In this document: in pieces, positions 26,301 to 39,648 of the stretch | Position numbering within the stretch: position 1 is the first letter of the stretch | Layout: every line of letters begins with the position of its first letter | DNA from: Aplysia californica | Lineage: Eukaryota | Reading direction: 5' to 3' | DNA length: 64,000 nucleotides | Assembly: GCF_000002075.1 (NCBI RefSeq) | Contig: NW_004797426.1 | Span: 103,807 to 167,806, forward strand | Made by a program: the position numbers and the translations under genes | The notes under the pieces: generated by a model | What the model was told of the DNA's origin: nothing | Database searches by the model: none | Seen by the model: the letters and a program-made list of their open reading frames with translations, nothing else

Positions 26301-26641
26301 CACACACACACTAAAAAACCCTCCTGAATATTGACTGTGGCCTTCAAAAACTTTTTGACCTGTTGATTTTGATTCAGTAAAATTTTACTTTTAATGTACC
26401 AATGGCTAATGCCTAGGGCCAACACGGATGCTTTCCACCGAAGGAAAGTTTTTAAAGCCCACTGACAGAAGCTTTTGGTTTATATTTATATATATATTAT
26501 ATATTCCTCAGAGGGAACCAGAATGTTACGTTGACACTCTCTTGGAATGTGATTCCAAACGCCGGCACCCTGCCCAAAGTTCGAGGCTTCGGCAGCCACA
26601 AAATTGTCTTCCCAGAACAGTATACTGCCGGCAGGTTTTAG
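20239..26641 (+). CDS. SPCS3: Signal peptidase complex subunit 3 (SPC22/23), 5 coding exons, 179 aa
   Basis: Exons 20239-20381, 23498-23571, 24065-24141, 25405-25520 and 26512-26641 join in frame (540 nt): [30 protein letters not shown]...[33 protein letters not shown]...[11 protein letters not shown]...[18 protein letters not shown]...GRF*. Intron 2 is AT-AC. Confidence 0.97.
20721..21331. mobile_element. MITE with 20-bp TIR
   Basis: GATTGTACTTTACCAGACCA ... TGGTCTGGTAAAGTACAATC. Confidence 0.65.
21356..22303 (+). mobile_element. Non-autonomous DNA transposon, TIR TAGCAATGMCAAT, 7-bp TSD
   Basis: TSD CTTTAAC on both sides; near-identical copies at 49558 and 51168. Confidence 0.9.
23498..23571 (+). 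CDS. SPCS3: SPCS3 coding exon 2
   Basis: tgtccag acceptor; [24 protein letters not shown]; followed by U12 donor ATATCCTTT. Confidence 0.93.
23572..24064 (+). other. U12-type (minor spliceosome) AT-AC intron
   Basis: 5' end ATATCCTTT; branch-point-like TTCCTGAAC at 24047-24055; 3' end TAC. These boundaries keep the reading frame (FT-D-LSPIFNW). Confidence 0.93.
24065..24141 (+). CDS. SPCS3: SPCS3 coding exon 3
   Basis: [26 protein letters not shown]; donor gtgagt. Confidence 0.93.
24549..24725 (+). mobile_element. Retroposon family B copy
   Basis: GTGGGTGGTT..GCTCTGGCGTGG start with the shared tail; diverged. Confidence 0.75.
25405..25520 (+). CDS. SPCS3: SPCS3 coding exon 4
   Basis: [39 protein letters not shown]; cag acceptor, gtaagt donor. 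Confidence 0.95.
25660..25830 (+). mobile_element. Degenerate CORE-type SINE
   Basis: B-box-like GGTTCGACGC followed by TGTTGTGTCCTTGGGAAAGGCACTTTA (CORE-like motif). Confidence 0.55.
26512..26641 (+). CDS. SPCS3: SPCS3 last coding exon
   Basis: [42 protein letters not shown]; candidate AATAAA signals at ~27604, ~27752 and ~27976. Confidence 0.95.
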
Positions 26642-29108
26642 CGACTCAGTTCCTGTGTTGACGTTTTAAAAATTCATTTACCATACCGTCTTGTTTTAGT
26701 TTAATTGTTGTATTTTCTTCTTTTCAACCGTTGTCATGGTTCAGGTGTTTTATTCCTTTTTCTGAATGAAATCAAATTTCTTAAATTTATTTGTTTTTAT
26801 GTTTCAGTTTTCGAGATTGTCGTTTTGAGATGAATGTTTCGAGTGTTTGTGATGTTCAAGTATGAATGCGACGCAGAAAGTCTTGGTGATGGTTGTTAAG
26901 TTGTTGTAATTTTATTAATGTGTAATTGATTTTAAAAAGATGTTTTTCTTGATTCCAGTAACCACCTGGAAAGTTAGAATATAATGCTATTATTGTTATT
27001 AAATCTTTTTATGGGACATCATCATTTTATAGACTTCTTTCTCGTTTGTTTTCTGGTATGGTACTTTTGTGTGTTGTAAAACATGACTTTATAGAGAATT
27101 GTCTGAGTCTGAGTGTCGCTTTGATTGATTGAATGATGAGTGCAGGCCGCCAGATCGCGTTTATGTCAGGGGCAGTATGTGAAGCTCCGTGAGAAATGGC
27201 ATAAATTGCTTGTTGTTTGAGTTTGAGTGGTTGAGGTTGTGTTTCTTACAAGACTTGAAAGAAATGGATTTTGGGCATTTCTTCACCATGATGTTTGTCA
27301 AATTTGTTTTTGATGGAATGAGAATTTTTTTTCTAAAAATTGAAAGCTTCGTGGCAGTGTTTGCTAGTTTTAAAGACTTGTTTGTTTCATTTATGATATC
27401 ATTATTTGAGATGTTGGGTCTTTTTCTTTTGTTGTGGTAACTGAAAGCTTGAAGTAAGAAGCAGGTGAGTTACCAGATTTGTTGTTCACAATTTGTCTGT
27501 TGTAAGATTTACAATGTGCCCTTAAAAAAAAAAAAAGATTTGATGTGAATGTGAGACATTCAGTATAGGCTGTTCTGTATTTGTTTTTTAAAAATTTGTT
27601 TAAAATAAAAATGTAAATGTTATAATTTATTGCCTTGAAGTTTGTCCAGGGGGAAAAAGAATGTTGATTTACTGGTCTGGGTGTGGTTGTGGGGTTGCGG
27701 AGACTGACGATGCTATGAAATTCTTGATAACCAACTTATTTTTGTCGCAGAAATAAAACTTTGCAAGGTCATTATGTCTACATGTTCAAGTATGCTCCGT
27801 AGTTTGTCTTTATTTGTCATCTACTTTTATTTTTTCCTTTTTCTATATTTACGGCAGTAATAAGACCTATTTGTGTTGCAAGTACTGTAAAACTTTTACT
27901 AAAGATTTAAAAAGCTACACATATTTCCTTAATGTATATGTAATTACAAACACTGTCAATGAGTTGGTCAATGGAAATAAAGTACTTGAACCACATAGCA
28001 ATTTATCTCTATCACCTCACAGTTTTGTCAGGTGTTTGGAAGGTGCTGTAGATCGCTCTCTACCTCTCTCTCTCCCACCTGTCTGTGCACTCTCTTCTGC
28101 TAGCTCTCACCCTGTCCCAACATAGCTTTAACTGGGTTAGGTGAGGGCTGTAGTTACACTCTAGCACGTACAGAGCGAACACGCACATAGTGAACAGATT
28201 TTCAGGTCTTGATTTTTTTTCTCATGCCTCTATGGTCACTTTTAAGGACAAGCGGGCTAACCCAAACTTCTGGGGTTTCCTGAAATCTTGACCTACTCTA
28301 AAAGGGGGCATTGCCCTACCTATAGGAAAAGTTTGGTTTCATTGGTGTGTATATATATTTGTTTGGTTATAGAGAAAACTCTCCTTGTATTTTACTTTTA
28401 AAGAAACTGAACAAGAATCCAAAAATTTAACTTTGATTTTCTCAAAACAGCATTTTTCGGGAGCCTCCTTGTGCTTAAAAGTAAAAGCGATCGTATGTCT
28501 ATTTTTTTTGTATTTGAAACGCGTATGTAATGAAATTCGTGCATTATGAAAAATTTCGACTTCCCACTGATTTCGCTATGTGCGTGCTGAACTATTATGC
28601 TAATTTCCAAGTAAATTATGAAATGACTGTTTTGGACATTTCAGAGCCGGGAATCCCATTTCGACCCTGATCACATTCAGTGTGGTGCTCTGAGGAAGAA
28701 GAAGTAGAGATTCTGCTCCCTGCTCAATAGCCTTATCTTTGACAAGCTTTGTTGAGTTTTACTTTTATCCAGTCTAGTCACAAGTTATCTGCCCAAGAGA
28801 GCTTTTACTTTTATAGTTTAACTCTGGTCTCTGAGTGAGAGGTGGAAGTTGAGCATTTGTTCCGGAGTTTGCGTGGATGTGTGTACGTGATGTCAAGACC
28901 AACTCTCTCATCTCTCTGACGTTTCCTACGCAGCAGTTACTCTGTGCCTGCTCGTCTTTTCCTTGTAGTTTTTGATAGTATTAAGGACAGCATCAGTAAT
29001 AATAAACTCCTTGAAATCATTTACGAAAAAGTGTGTGAGTGTGATGATTGACATGATATTTTCTGTTGCATTGTTGTTGTTGCTTTGAGCATGAGGAAAG
29101 TTCACAGC

Positions 29109-29295
29109 GTGGGTGGTTGGTGGGTGCTCTGGCGTGGTTTACTCTGTCTTTTCTGTCTAACGTCAATTTTCCACTATCTCTCCTCCTCCTTTTCTTTGTC
29201 ATATTACTCTCTTGTAACACCTCTAATCTTTGTCCCTTATATATGACCAAACTGTATTGTAAGTGCTGTTAAACTCTTCCTATACCGGTAACTAA
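29109..29295 (+). mobile_element. Retroposon family B copy
   Basis: Match to family B; diverged. Confidence 0.75.
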
Positions 29296-29647
29296 AACAA
29301 GCTTACAGTTAAAAGTAACGCAAAAAGTCTCATCTTGACCCAGCCAGTGTCTGTTGTGTAGCAGTAGTTAAGCTCTTTGCCTTTGCATGTGAAACACGGG
29401 GGTTTGATTCTCATGTGGAGGTTTCTATTTTAAATTGAGCATTCACGTCTTTCTGCTGAAATGCATGCTGAATCATGCTGTATCCCACTTGGCCAGGGTT
29501 GGCCTTTTTTGAGGCAGGATCGAAGCAGCCTTCATCAACACATTTTAGGTCATTTCAGATGGAAGACCTTTAACTTGACATACATATATAAACAAGGTCA
29601 AAAGGACTAAGCCTAGTGTAAATTTAAAATAAAATAAAAAAAAGTAA

Positions 29648-30430
29648 TACAGTCCATGCCGGCTTTAAGCACGGTCGTCGGGAGAAAGCTTAAGCGTGCT
29701 TAAAGCCGAAGCGTGCTTGAGTGCGAAGTAGATATAATCCAGAGATTTTCATGTAGAAAATTTTGCGTGCTATTTCCCTTTGTTTATAAGTAAGCCTATA
29801 GCGGTCCCGCAAAAGTGTGCACTGTTATTTAGACTTGGACACCCGCCATTGTAGTTTTTGTTCGCTTGTTTGTGTTTGTTTTGTGGTCGAATGGGAAATG
29901 AAAACTTAATTTAGACGGCCAGTCACGATACAGCACACTAGGCCTACACACTGCCTGTGCGTACCACTTCCCGCTGTGCCACTCATACCACCGCCGCCTT
30001 CATCCCACCTCGCGCGTGATACACAATCAGGATTAATGGATAGCGAGGGTCAAAGGTGAAATCGCAGCCAGCCTCCCTTTCTTGCCTCCCCGACTCTCTT
30101 TGTATTTTGTTTTGGTAGCTTTGCCTAGGCTAGATCCTATGTCCACGCGCGCGGCTGTGTGCATCTCTCTGCCTTCCTCTCCGCCTGTGTGAGTGTGTGT
30201 GTCCATCACTTGTGTTCTTTGAGTTTCTCTTAACACACTCCACTGCTGCAGTGTAGGCTGTGTTCGAACTTCGATGGGTCATCATAAAAGTATTGACTGT
30301 CTTGAAAATGAAGCGGGCTTGAAGCCGAAGTTACCGTGCTTAAAGGCGTGTATTTTATATAGCAAAAATTCGGTAAGAGCTGTTTAGCGTGCTTGAGTCC
30401 GAAACGTGCTTTAAGCCAGCACGGACTGTA
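29648..30430. mobile_element. Tc1/mariner-pogo-type MITE (second family)
   Basis: TACAGTCCATGCCGGCTTTAAGCACG ... CGTGCTTTAAGCCAGCACGGACTGTA termini. Confidence 0.8.
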
Positions 30431-30815
30431 GTAGAGGGTTTTATGGCGCTTGCAACTGCATAAGGTCATATGAGCGCCAAGGAGTGGGTGTCAACAGAGA
30501 AGTCTTTACAGGGAATCAGACTGAGACTGCTCACCTCTCTAGCTTCAACAGCACAAGGTTTGCTTCGAATATCAAAGCACCCCAAAATAGCAAGTCACAA
30601 GAGAAAGACAAACAAACATACAAAAGTAGTAGAGGAAAATGACAATAGTAAGGATCAGGAAAGAAAAGCAGCAGTTCCCTGTTGTAGATCAGGCACAGTT
30701 ATGAGCCTGACATGAGTCAGCCCATTTACAATTCTACTATGCTTGAACGAGAAATGTCCCCCCTTTGGGAATGGCCTAAAGACACTAACGACAGTCAGTG
30801 GCACTGCCCCGGGGG
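30431..30815 (-). mobile_element. Retroposon family A copy
   Basis: Match to family A; the tail abuts a MITE end. Confidence 0.85.
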
Positions 30816-31509
30816 GTTGCGTAAATCTAAAAAATAAAATGAGCTCAGTTTTAAGTATACAGTATAAAGTATAACACGGGTAGGTCGAACATAGAAGACT
30901 TGAAATCACGCATCCATCGCACTGTGCCTGCGGCCCCGGTTTTTTTTTTTCCATCTTTATCTTTGTAAGATATTCCTCAAACTCTCGAGGCTTTTCCCGA
31001 TGAATTCAAGCTATCCGTGTTATTATGCTGTATTAAGGTTCAGGAATGGACGAGGAGCCAAGCTGCCAGCAGCATAGTCCAGAGTCGTAGAAGAAGAGGG
31101 GGGGTAGGGTGTCACTAGGGGACCTGGTTCTTCATGACATTGCCATTAACATCAAAAACTAAAACTGAAGTCGTTTTAGAAGAATTTTCCTCTCTTTATT
31201 GAGAACTTCCACACGCAGACCGCCAGTCAGCAAGACACGGAGAAGTGACTGGAGTTCAGTGTAACAATTCCCATCAAGCGAAAACATCACAAAGTGTACA
31301 GACAAACCCACCAAATCACTTCTGAAACATGACACGACATAACACACACGCGCGCGCACACACACATACGCAAACAGACACTTGTTCGATACAACAGCCA
31401 AACACAAGAACAGTCTTCTGTCTACAGAAAGAAAGTGTGCACATTTGTTAAGTTTCTTTTTTCTTTCAACCATGCAAACTCGAGGTACAGGCAGCTTCTA
31501 GACCTAATG

Positions 31510-31800
31510 CGACAAAGTCACACGTATGCTTTAAACTCAATCAAAGATATACACACTTTAAACTCAATCAAAGTCACACGCAAGCTTTAAACTCAATCAA
31601 AGACACATGCATGCTTTAAAATCAATCAAAGACACACACGCTTTAAACTCAATCAAAGATACACACACTTTAAACTCAATCAAAGATACACACGCTTTAA
31701 ACTCAATCAAAGTCACACACACGCTTTAAACTCAATCAAAGTCACACGCAAGCTTTAAACTCAATCAAAGACACACGCATGCTTTAAACACGTAAAGACA
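31510..31800. repeat. Minisatellite, ~25-29-bp unit TTTAAACTCAATCAAAGACACACRC, ~10 copies
   Basis: Seen directly. Confidence 0.9.
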
Positions 31801-34453
31801 CATACACATGCTTAAAAAAACACAGTCAAAGACAAACATGCGGACTCGTGAACACACAGGCCTATAATATTCATTCAAAAAAATAAACTAATCTCACAAA
31901 CTGACAAGAAATCTAAATCTTTGACAGATGGAAACAAATCTCCCAAGGGAACAGAGTGTGTGAATCATATGTATGTATCTGTGTGCATGAGGGTTTTTAT
32001 CACTAAAAATAATGCAAGTGCAAGACCACAGACCAGAACCCTCCCCCCCAAAACTCATCCTTATGTCCCTACAATCTCAACAACTTTCTTTGCAAAACTG
32101 CTACAAGTATACCAAAATCAAATAACTTTCTTGGCAAAACTTCTACACCAAATAACTTTCTTGGCAAAACTGCTACACCAAATTTCTACGACACGACAAA
32201 TACTTAGTGCTGCTCTCAGGAGCTGCACTGTGTCCAGGGAAAAGAAGACTGCGACTGATCAGAACACACTGACCAACAATATCATCATCGATTTACAGTA
32301 CAGCAGTCCAGCACACACATAGCAAACAGTTTTCGGGTCCCAAATTTTTTCCTTTTCTTTTTATCATATGTGTCTATTCTTCATTAAGTCATTAAGACAC
32401 AAACATACACGGCAAAATTCGTACATATGCTCGTAACAAAACAAACATTTCCGTATCCCGCCAATTTTGCTATGTGCATGCTAGATTGTAAGTTGAATCC
32501 ACAAAACAGTCTTGGAGTTGGAGATAAAGTAAGAAGGTAGAAATCTGTCTCGTGATGGTGGTACCATTATCTTTCAAAATAACCAGTACAAGAAAAGTAA
32601 GAGTGTGTTCTGGTGAGACAGAAATGTGTATGCCCAAGTGGGCCTACATTCTAACACATGGAGACGAATACAGACAAACTCATCCACGGCTCAACACAAG
32701 ATTCTAACATTACTAACATATATATATATGCCAATTTTTGCAAAAATCACTTCTTTTTTTTTTTTTAAACATAATCGATAATTGCATCGCCAAACACATT
32801 GTGTCAAAAGATGAGCTCTCTGGGATTACTGCATACGAAGTTGATGCAGAGTTATTTATTATCTATTATCATTTTTACACTGCAAAAGTTTGAATTTCAT
32901 AAAACTGGATGATAAAGTAATAAATTTTGCTTCTCCTGAACAATTTCCTAAATGGCTTTTGGTTGAGTCTTACACCCAAGGAGGCGATATATCATATACA
33001 CATGTACCAGTAAAGGTGAATACATGTATATATATGAACACACATCTACACATGCAGATGAGATACACACGCTCTAAAAAATAGTTTTGAGTGTGCACAT
33101 TCATTCTGACAAAGTAGTTTACACATTCATCCCCATGCGAATACACTTTAGTGGACCATACAAGACCACCTTTTCACACACAGCACACAAGAAACACAGA
33201 CACACATAAATACAAATGTGGACACTCATTCATACAAACAAAGCGCACACACAAACGCACACACAAAGACAGTTGTATCCTTTAACAGACACACATTTAT
33301 AGACAAAGCTCACATAAACGCTAAACACACATACGCACACACGCACAAATCACATGCTTGACTAAACACGGGCTCATATACAAACGCACTCTCTCTCACA
33401 CACACAGACACACACACACACACAAATATGCAAAGAGAAATTATATACACACACACAAACACATGTGAGGACGCACACTTGTACGCAGATGAGGATCAGT
33501 ACAAAGGAACGGTATGTTACAACAATCTCCAGCTATGTACAAAAGCCATAGTATCAGTAGCATCAGTATCATCCATCATTTTAAAACTGGGTTTTACAAA
33601 TCATCATTTAATCATATAATTGTAATAGAATAATTAAAGGAAATAATTTTTGTTACCATCATTAAAATTATCTGAGGAATATTTACATGACAACAATGGT
33701 AGGATGAACTAGTGGGCACAATAGAACCGCCATGCATTTGTACAGAACAAAATAAACACCAAAACAAAAGTGCAACGTTCCATACCTCCGGATCTGAACT
33801 CTGCACAAAATTGTAATCCCTACAACATTTACAACAAAAAAAAACAACAACCCACAAACAAACAAATAACAAACCCAGTATCATTTCCTCTTAAGCAAGA
33901 AGATCAGAACGGGGAAAAAAAAAAAAAAAAAAAAAAAAAGAACAAATATTAAACAAACTACCACCAACAAAAACTACAACAACAAAAAAAAATCTAGGGA
34001 GAAACTCCCGTGGTTGGCCTTTAAAGCTGGAAAAATCTGGGCTTTCGTGACGTCTGAGTGGCCTATCCTATGGGGAACCTCAGCACCTGCTCCACCGCCA
34101 GTGTAACATGACCGAGGGACGGTGTTTGCCGGTTTGGCCAGCGATGAGAGGAAGGATGTGGTGTTTGTGATATCGCGACATGATTTGGCTGGCATTTAAG
34201 AGAGGGGGTAGAGANNNNNNNNNNNNNNNNNNNNNNNNNNNNNNNNNNNNNNNNNNNNNNNNNNNNNNNNNNNNNNNNNNNNNNNNNNNNNNNNNNNNNN
34301 NNNNNNNNNNNNNNGAAAAAAAAAAAAAAAAAAAAAAAAAAAACAACTATTAAACAAAAATTCTGTTCCCGTGACAACACTACGGCCATACATCAATGAC
34401 TGTTGTTGGGTAAGTTGTTTTATGGCGACGCATCTTATGGCAGAGGCTGACTG

Positions 34454-34640
34454 CAGGGATGCCAAATGAATTTAGAAAAAAAACCTGAAAATGAGTGAAG
34501 CGTCACATCTCACCTAAAACGAAACATGTAAAACCTTTAAATGAGCAAACAAAAACATTTCTCTTATCATTCTCCTTTCCTCTGCAAGTGTAGGAAAAAA
34601 AACGGAAAAAGCCGGAAAAACCAGAGATTTGGCATCCCTG
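34454..34640. mobile_element. hAT-like MITE, TIR CAGGGATGCCA, 6-bp TSD
   Basis: TSD TGACTG on both sides. Confidence 0.8.
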
Positions 34641-35533
34641 TGACTGGTAAAGGTTACAGCACACACGGTTAAACTATCTAATACTTCTCGTTGAGCAAGA
34701 CGTACAACTAACGTTATAATTGCTACCGCAAGCTGTACAAACGCACCTACAAACAAACAATCCTGCTACTCACGGGAGGGAAAGAGACGCAAAGTCCCGA
34801 AGAATGTTGTAACACTTTGCCGTCGCATCTCGCCGAACTTCCACTCCCGTCACAAAACGCATATCGGCGATGTTTACCACCCAGTTTCTTCCCATTTCCC
34901 CCAAAATGCCTTTGCCTTTGATGTCAAGGGTTTTTTTACTATTCGAGCCTAGTGATGGCAAAGGGTTAAACAAGTTGCCATTCGGCACTTACATGACCTT
35001 ATTGCGTTGCAAGAGCCATAAAACACTTACCTAAACAAAAAAGAAATTGCCCAACATAAAGACAGCGTCTCATATCCTGGGTGAATGACAATACATGATC
35101 TTACAATAAGGGGCAGGCTTCTTATAGTGCTGGAAACAATGTTACCAGAAAATTCAGGTGATGGACCAAAAACATTGAGAGAGAGAGAGGAAATTTTGTG
35201 TTGAAACAATCCATCAAAGGTGCAATAAACGTTTGCTTGAGTTATGTAGTCGTGTTTAAAAAAAACAACCAAAACAATATTGACGGGAAATCTGGCTAAA
35301 ATCCAAATCTCAATTCACAGGAGATTTAACAATAGAGCTGCAATAATACAATAGAATTCCCTTCATTCTCTCTTCTTTCTTTCTATCCTTTCTATCTCCA
35401 CTCTCTCTGTGTACCTCTCACTCTGTTTGAAGCCCACAATTTCTTTTACTCCCTCTGTTTGTCTCACTCTTTCTCTTTTCGTATCTCTGTCCCTCACATT
35501 TTCTCTCTCACTCTCTCTGACTACCAGTATTCG

Positions 35534-35571
<38 letters not shown>

Positions 35572-36879
35572 TCAACCCTGTCAGAACTCCATTCGTTGAC
35601 ACTGCACTTGTTCCATAGGCCTATACTATATATCCTTACTTGCTTTATGTTATACGCCCATGTCAAATCGCAAACTTCACAAGATAATTAATCAAACGTT
35701 TGCAATCACGGCATACATTTTTTTTTTACCTTCAATTCAATGCCAAACAACATAATTAGACAAATGTTTGCAGTCACGGTATATATATATCATGCAGCCT
35801 TCTTTCACCTTCAATACTAAACAACACAAAGAAGAACCGCTACGTTCCATAAGCCAGTGCCAGTATTGAGACAAAGATACATCTGCAGTCGAAACATCTG
35901 CCCTTTTTTTTTCTTTTCCAGCAGAGAATCAAGCACTGGTAAGCTAAATATACAGCCATACATACATACGTATAGGTAAATATATATAAATATATATATG
36001 CTAGTCATCTTGACCACAGCTCACAGGAATGTAAGGACCACTCAGTATGTTAAAGTTAGAGCATACCCTATAGCCGTTTCACTACGCACACCTGTCTGTA
36101 AGTAACAACACGATCATTATGTACAAACAAACATATCTTGATTATGGTACACAAAATAAAACTCATAAGAATCAAATACAAACCTAAACTCACACTATTC
36201 CACATCACTGGGTGTTACTTTACACTCCCAGAACAAATCTTAAATTTAAAAAAAAAAAATTAATATATTTTTTAAAAAGCAAAAACTCTAAACTTCAATA
36301 AGCAAAAACATAAACAGAAAACACAATTTTTATGAGGAAAACTTTTGTGGACTTCACATTGCAGACGTTCAAGAGGAAACTCAGTTTTCACACAAGTATC
36401 TGTCTCTACCGGTGATTTTTTAGTGCCACAGTCTAAATTCTCTTGTTCATTAGATTACTCTTAAACTTTAAGTCCCCAACCCCGAATCTAATCTGTTTAT
36501 TCTATAGATTATAATATGACCCCCCCACCCCCAAATTATTTTTTCCACATGTTGTCTTGAGAGTTAAGACTTCATTTCTTAGAAATATCCGACTGCATGT
36601 TTTATGTTACTGTTGTATTGTATTATGTAAAGCGCTCAGAACCTGTGTACCTAAATCAGGGTTGTGCGCTACATAATAAATGTCATTTATTATTATTATT
36701 GTTATTATTAAGACACTTGGACGACATATCCTCACTCCTCACGGAATGTATCTTCCCGCCTTGGGGAAAGTGACAAGTAACCCCCCCCACACCCACACAC
36801 ACACACACCTCCCCGATTTACACAACACCACACAGAGCTACAAGTTTCATCAACAGAAAACTCCTCCGAGTCTCAGCAA

Positions 36880-37215
36880 TGAAAGTGTGTCATCAAGACC
36901 TACGATACTCTTAAAGAGTCGCGACCTACGCACGATTCTGAAGGTGTGTCACGATCTACAACACTGTCAAAGTGTGTCAAGACCTACGACACTCTCAAAG
37001 TGTGTCAAGACATACGACACTCTCAAAGTGTGTCAAGACCTACGACACTCTCAAAGTGTGTCAAGACCTATGATACTCTGAAAGAGTCACGACCTACACA
37101 CAACTCTGAAAGAGTGTCATGATCTACAACAACACTCTCAAAGTGTGTCAAGACCTATACTATGAAAGTGTGTCACGACATACGACACTCTGAAAGTAGG
37201 GTACGCCACGACCTA
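36880..37215. repeat. Minisatellite, ~28-bp unit GTGTGTCAAGACCTACGACACTCTCAAA, ~12 copies
   Basis: Seen directly. Confidence 0.9.
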
Positions 37216-38038
37216 TGAAAGAAGTCGGCCCAACTCATTGCCAGGAGAGAGGGCCAAGTAAGGACAACATCACCACAAACAGAAAACTGTGGATGAAGCA
37301 AGAAGAAGTAGCAGAAGAAGCTCCACTATCGTTCCCAGTGAGGGAGTGAGTGTAACTCTATGTTAGATGTACAGTCAAATCTCGCTGTACCATCACTAGT
37401 TGTACCACCGNNNNNNNNNNNNNNNNNNNNNNNNNNNNNNNNNNNNNNNNNNNNNNNNNNNNNNNNNNNNNNNNNNNNNNNNNNNNNNNNNNNNNNNNNN
37501 NNNNNNNNNNACCCCGTTGTTGCACCGCCAACTTCATGCGCGTCCCAAGGTAGGCGGTAAATGCAAAAGTTTTCCCACCGGTGAAGACAACTAAAATTAA
37601 AACCCAAACATCCAAATTATCATTTTCTCGCTGTCCTCGAACTGAGAAAACTGCGTTACCTCTCGAACGTCTGCTATATCACAAGGAACTGTAGTCAAGC
37701 TATATCACAGACCTCAACACAGAATGGTCACCCCATATATATATATATATCCTTATGACATATATATATATATATATATATCAATACGGAAAACCATGGA
37801 TGCTCACACACAAAAATAATTTTTACGTTATGGTCAGATTATGAAAACAAAAAAAAAGTATTCAACAAGCTCTCAAATGCTTCGTGTAAGGTTAAGAACA
37901 GATTATGTCATCAAGCAAAGCATCCGAGAAAGGCATAAACACACGGTATCCATAGAGTCAACAAACAACAGTCTACTGGACCCCTCAACATTATGGTTAC
38001 TAGAACCAGTGTGTGCGAATCTTATTACAACATCCTAG

Positions 38039-38220
38039 CAGCGAGGGAGCCAAAAGTCAAGACTGGTCAGGCGAGGGAGCCAAAAGTCGAGACTGGTTAG
38101 GCGAAGGAGCCAAAAGTCGAGACTGGTTAGGCGAGGGAGCCAAAAGTCGAGACTGGTTAGGCGAAGGAGCCAAAAGTCGAGACTGGTTAGGCGAGGGAGC
38201 CAAAAGTCGAGACTGGTTCG
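38039..38220. repeat. Minisatellite, 30-bp unit GCGAGGGAGCCAAAAGTCGAGACTGGTTAG x6
   Basis: Seen directly; near-perfect copies. Confidence 0.95.
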
Positions 38221-39609
38221 GCCGCCTCCTTCAGGCCTATTTTAACACACCACAAATGAACACATCTCGAGGGAAGAGAGAAAAAAACAACAAAAAACAA
38301 AAAACTGAGATAGCAGTCACAAGACGAGATCAAAACAAATGCCCGTGGAGTTAGATTAGGAACATTCACTCTGAGATTTTTCTTCTAAAGTACAAGGCCT
38401 ACCTAAAATGCTCAATGCGCAAAAATGGGTAAAAAATCAACAATCCAAACTTGTTATTATTCAGTAATCTAATGAATCAAATGATCCTCGTCAATCTACA
38501 ATATGTTTCACTATCTCACACGAAAAAATTCACAACAAAAAACACACCTCCACCACCTAAAAAAAAAAATCCCCCAAAATCAAGACTGTCCAACATGTGC
38601 AAACAGTCTCAATCTTCACACAAACATCAACTCATATTATTATATATATCTCTGGTTGCAATAATCCCTCACTCAACACAGCAACAAACAATTTTCTCTT
38701 TAAGTCACATCAATAGTAGATTCCATCTTGTAATCATCAAGCAAAATCCTTGAACAAACTGATACAAAAATGAAAAAAAAAAAATGAACAAACAACTCCC
38801 CCAATGAAACAAAACAAAAAAACCAGAAAAACATATTTATACCATTGCACTCGTTTCTGCATAACCACAATCTGGTACCTCTCCGCCAACAGGATCAAGG
38901 TCACAGGGTCATAAGTTCTTGAATCTAGCGGGAGCTTCAGAAGGCTACCCGTCAGGATTAAGTAATTTTTTTTAAAAAGAAAAAAGAAAACCAAGACACA
39001 AAAAAACCCCAAAAGAAATTCAAATACATCATGTAAAACATAATACAGGCAGAAACAGCAAAAGAAGCTCCGGGACAAGACAGACGGAGACAGAATTTTT
39101 ATATTTCCAGGGGCTGAGGACATTTTAACAGCGACGTACGCGACAAATAGGTCGAGCTTTTGCTCTTGCGTGCAGAAGACACCAATTTGAATCTGTCCCC
39201 CCTCCCCCTCCACGGGGAAGTGTACTGATACTTTATCGAGTATCTCGTGTCTCTCTGCTGGGATACAAGATCCCATCCAGCTGGGGCTGATGGTTTCTCG
39301 GCAGACAGGACCAACCAAGAAGCCAGCCTCCAATAAGATCTAAATTGTGTCGATGGAGACGTACCGTAAAACATTTCACAACTAGAGGGCATTTTCTAGA
39401 CTGTTGTTAGATTCCCCCCCCCCCCCCCCCCTATTGTAAAGAGAATAAATTCCACAAGTGTTTCGTGGTGGTCCTCGAGGCACAAAAATCCCACACAACT
39501 CTCTGAATAGAACAAAACAAACAGCCAGAGAATGAAACATGGTGTAAGAGGTCACTGGCCAGGGGGAAGGAGGAAGGAAGGAGGAAGGATAGGTAGGGAA
39601 GGAGGGAGG

Positions 39610-39648
<39 letters not shown>

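Noticed and set aside
31510-38220. 25-30-bp repeat arrays (31510, 36880, 38039) resembling CRISPR
   Set aside because: Units are head-to-tail with no unique spacers, there are no cas genes, and the context is eukaryotic. They are minisatellites.
38013-38354. 113-aa ORF with GEGAKSRDWL repeats
   Set aside because: Product of a 30-bp minisatellite; non-ATG start, no splice support, and antisense to the probable USP12/46 3'UTR.
38737-39392. 198-aa and 97-aa minus-strand ORFs
   Set aside because: No recognisable domain, low-complexity F/L-rich tail, and located downstream of the USP12/46 stop.
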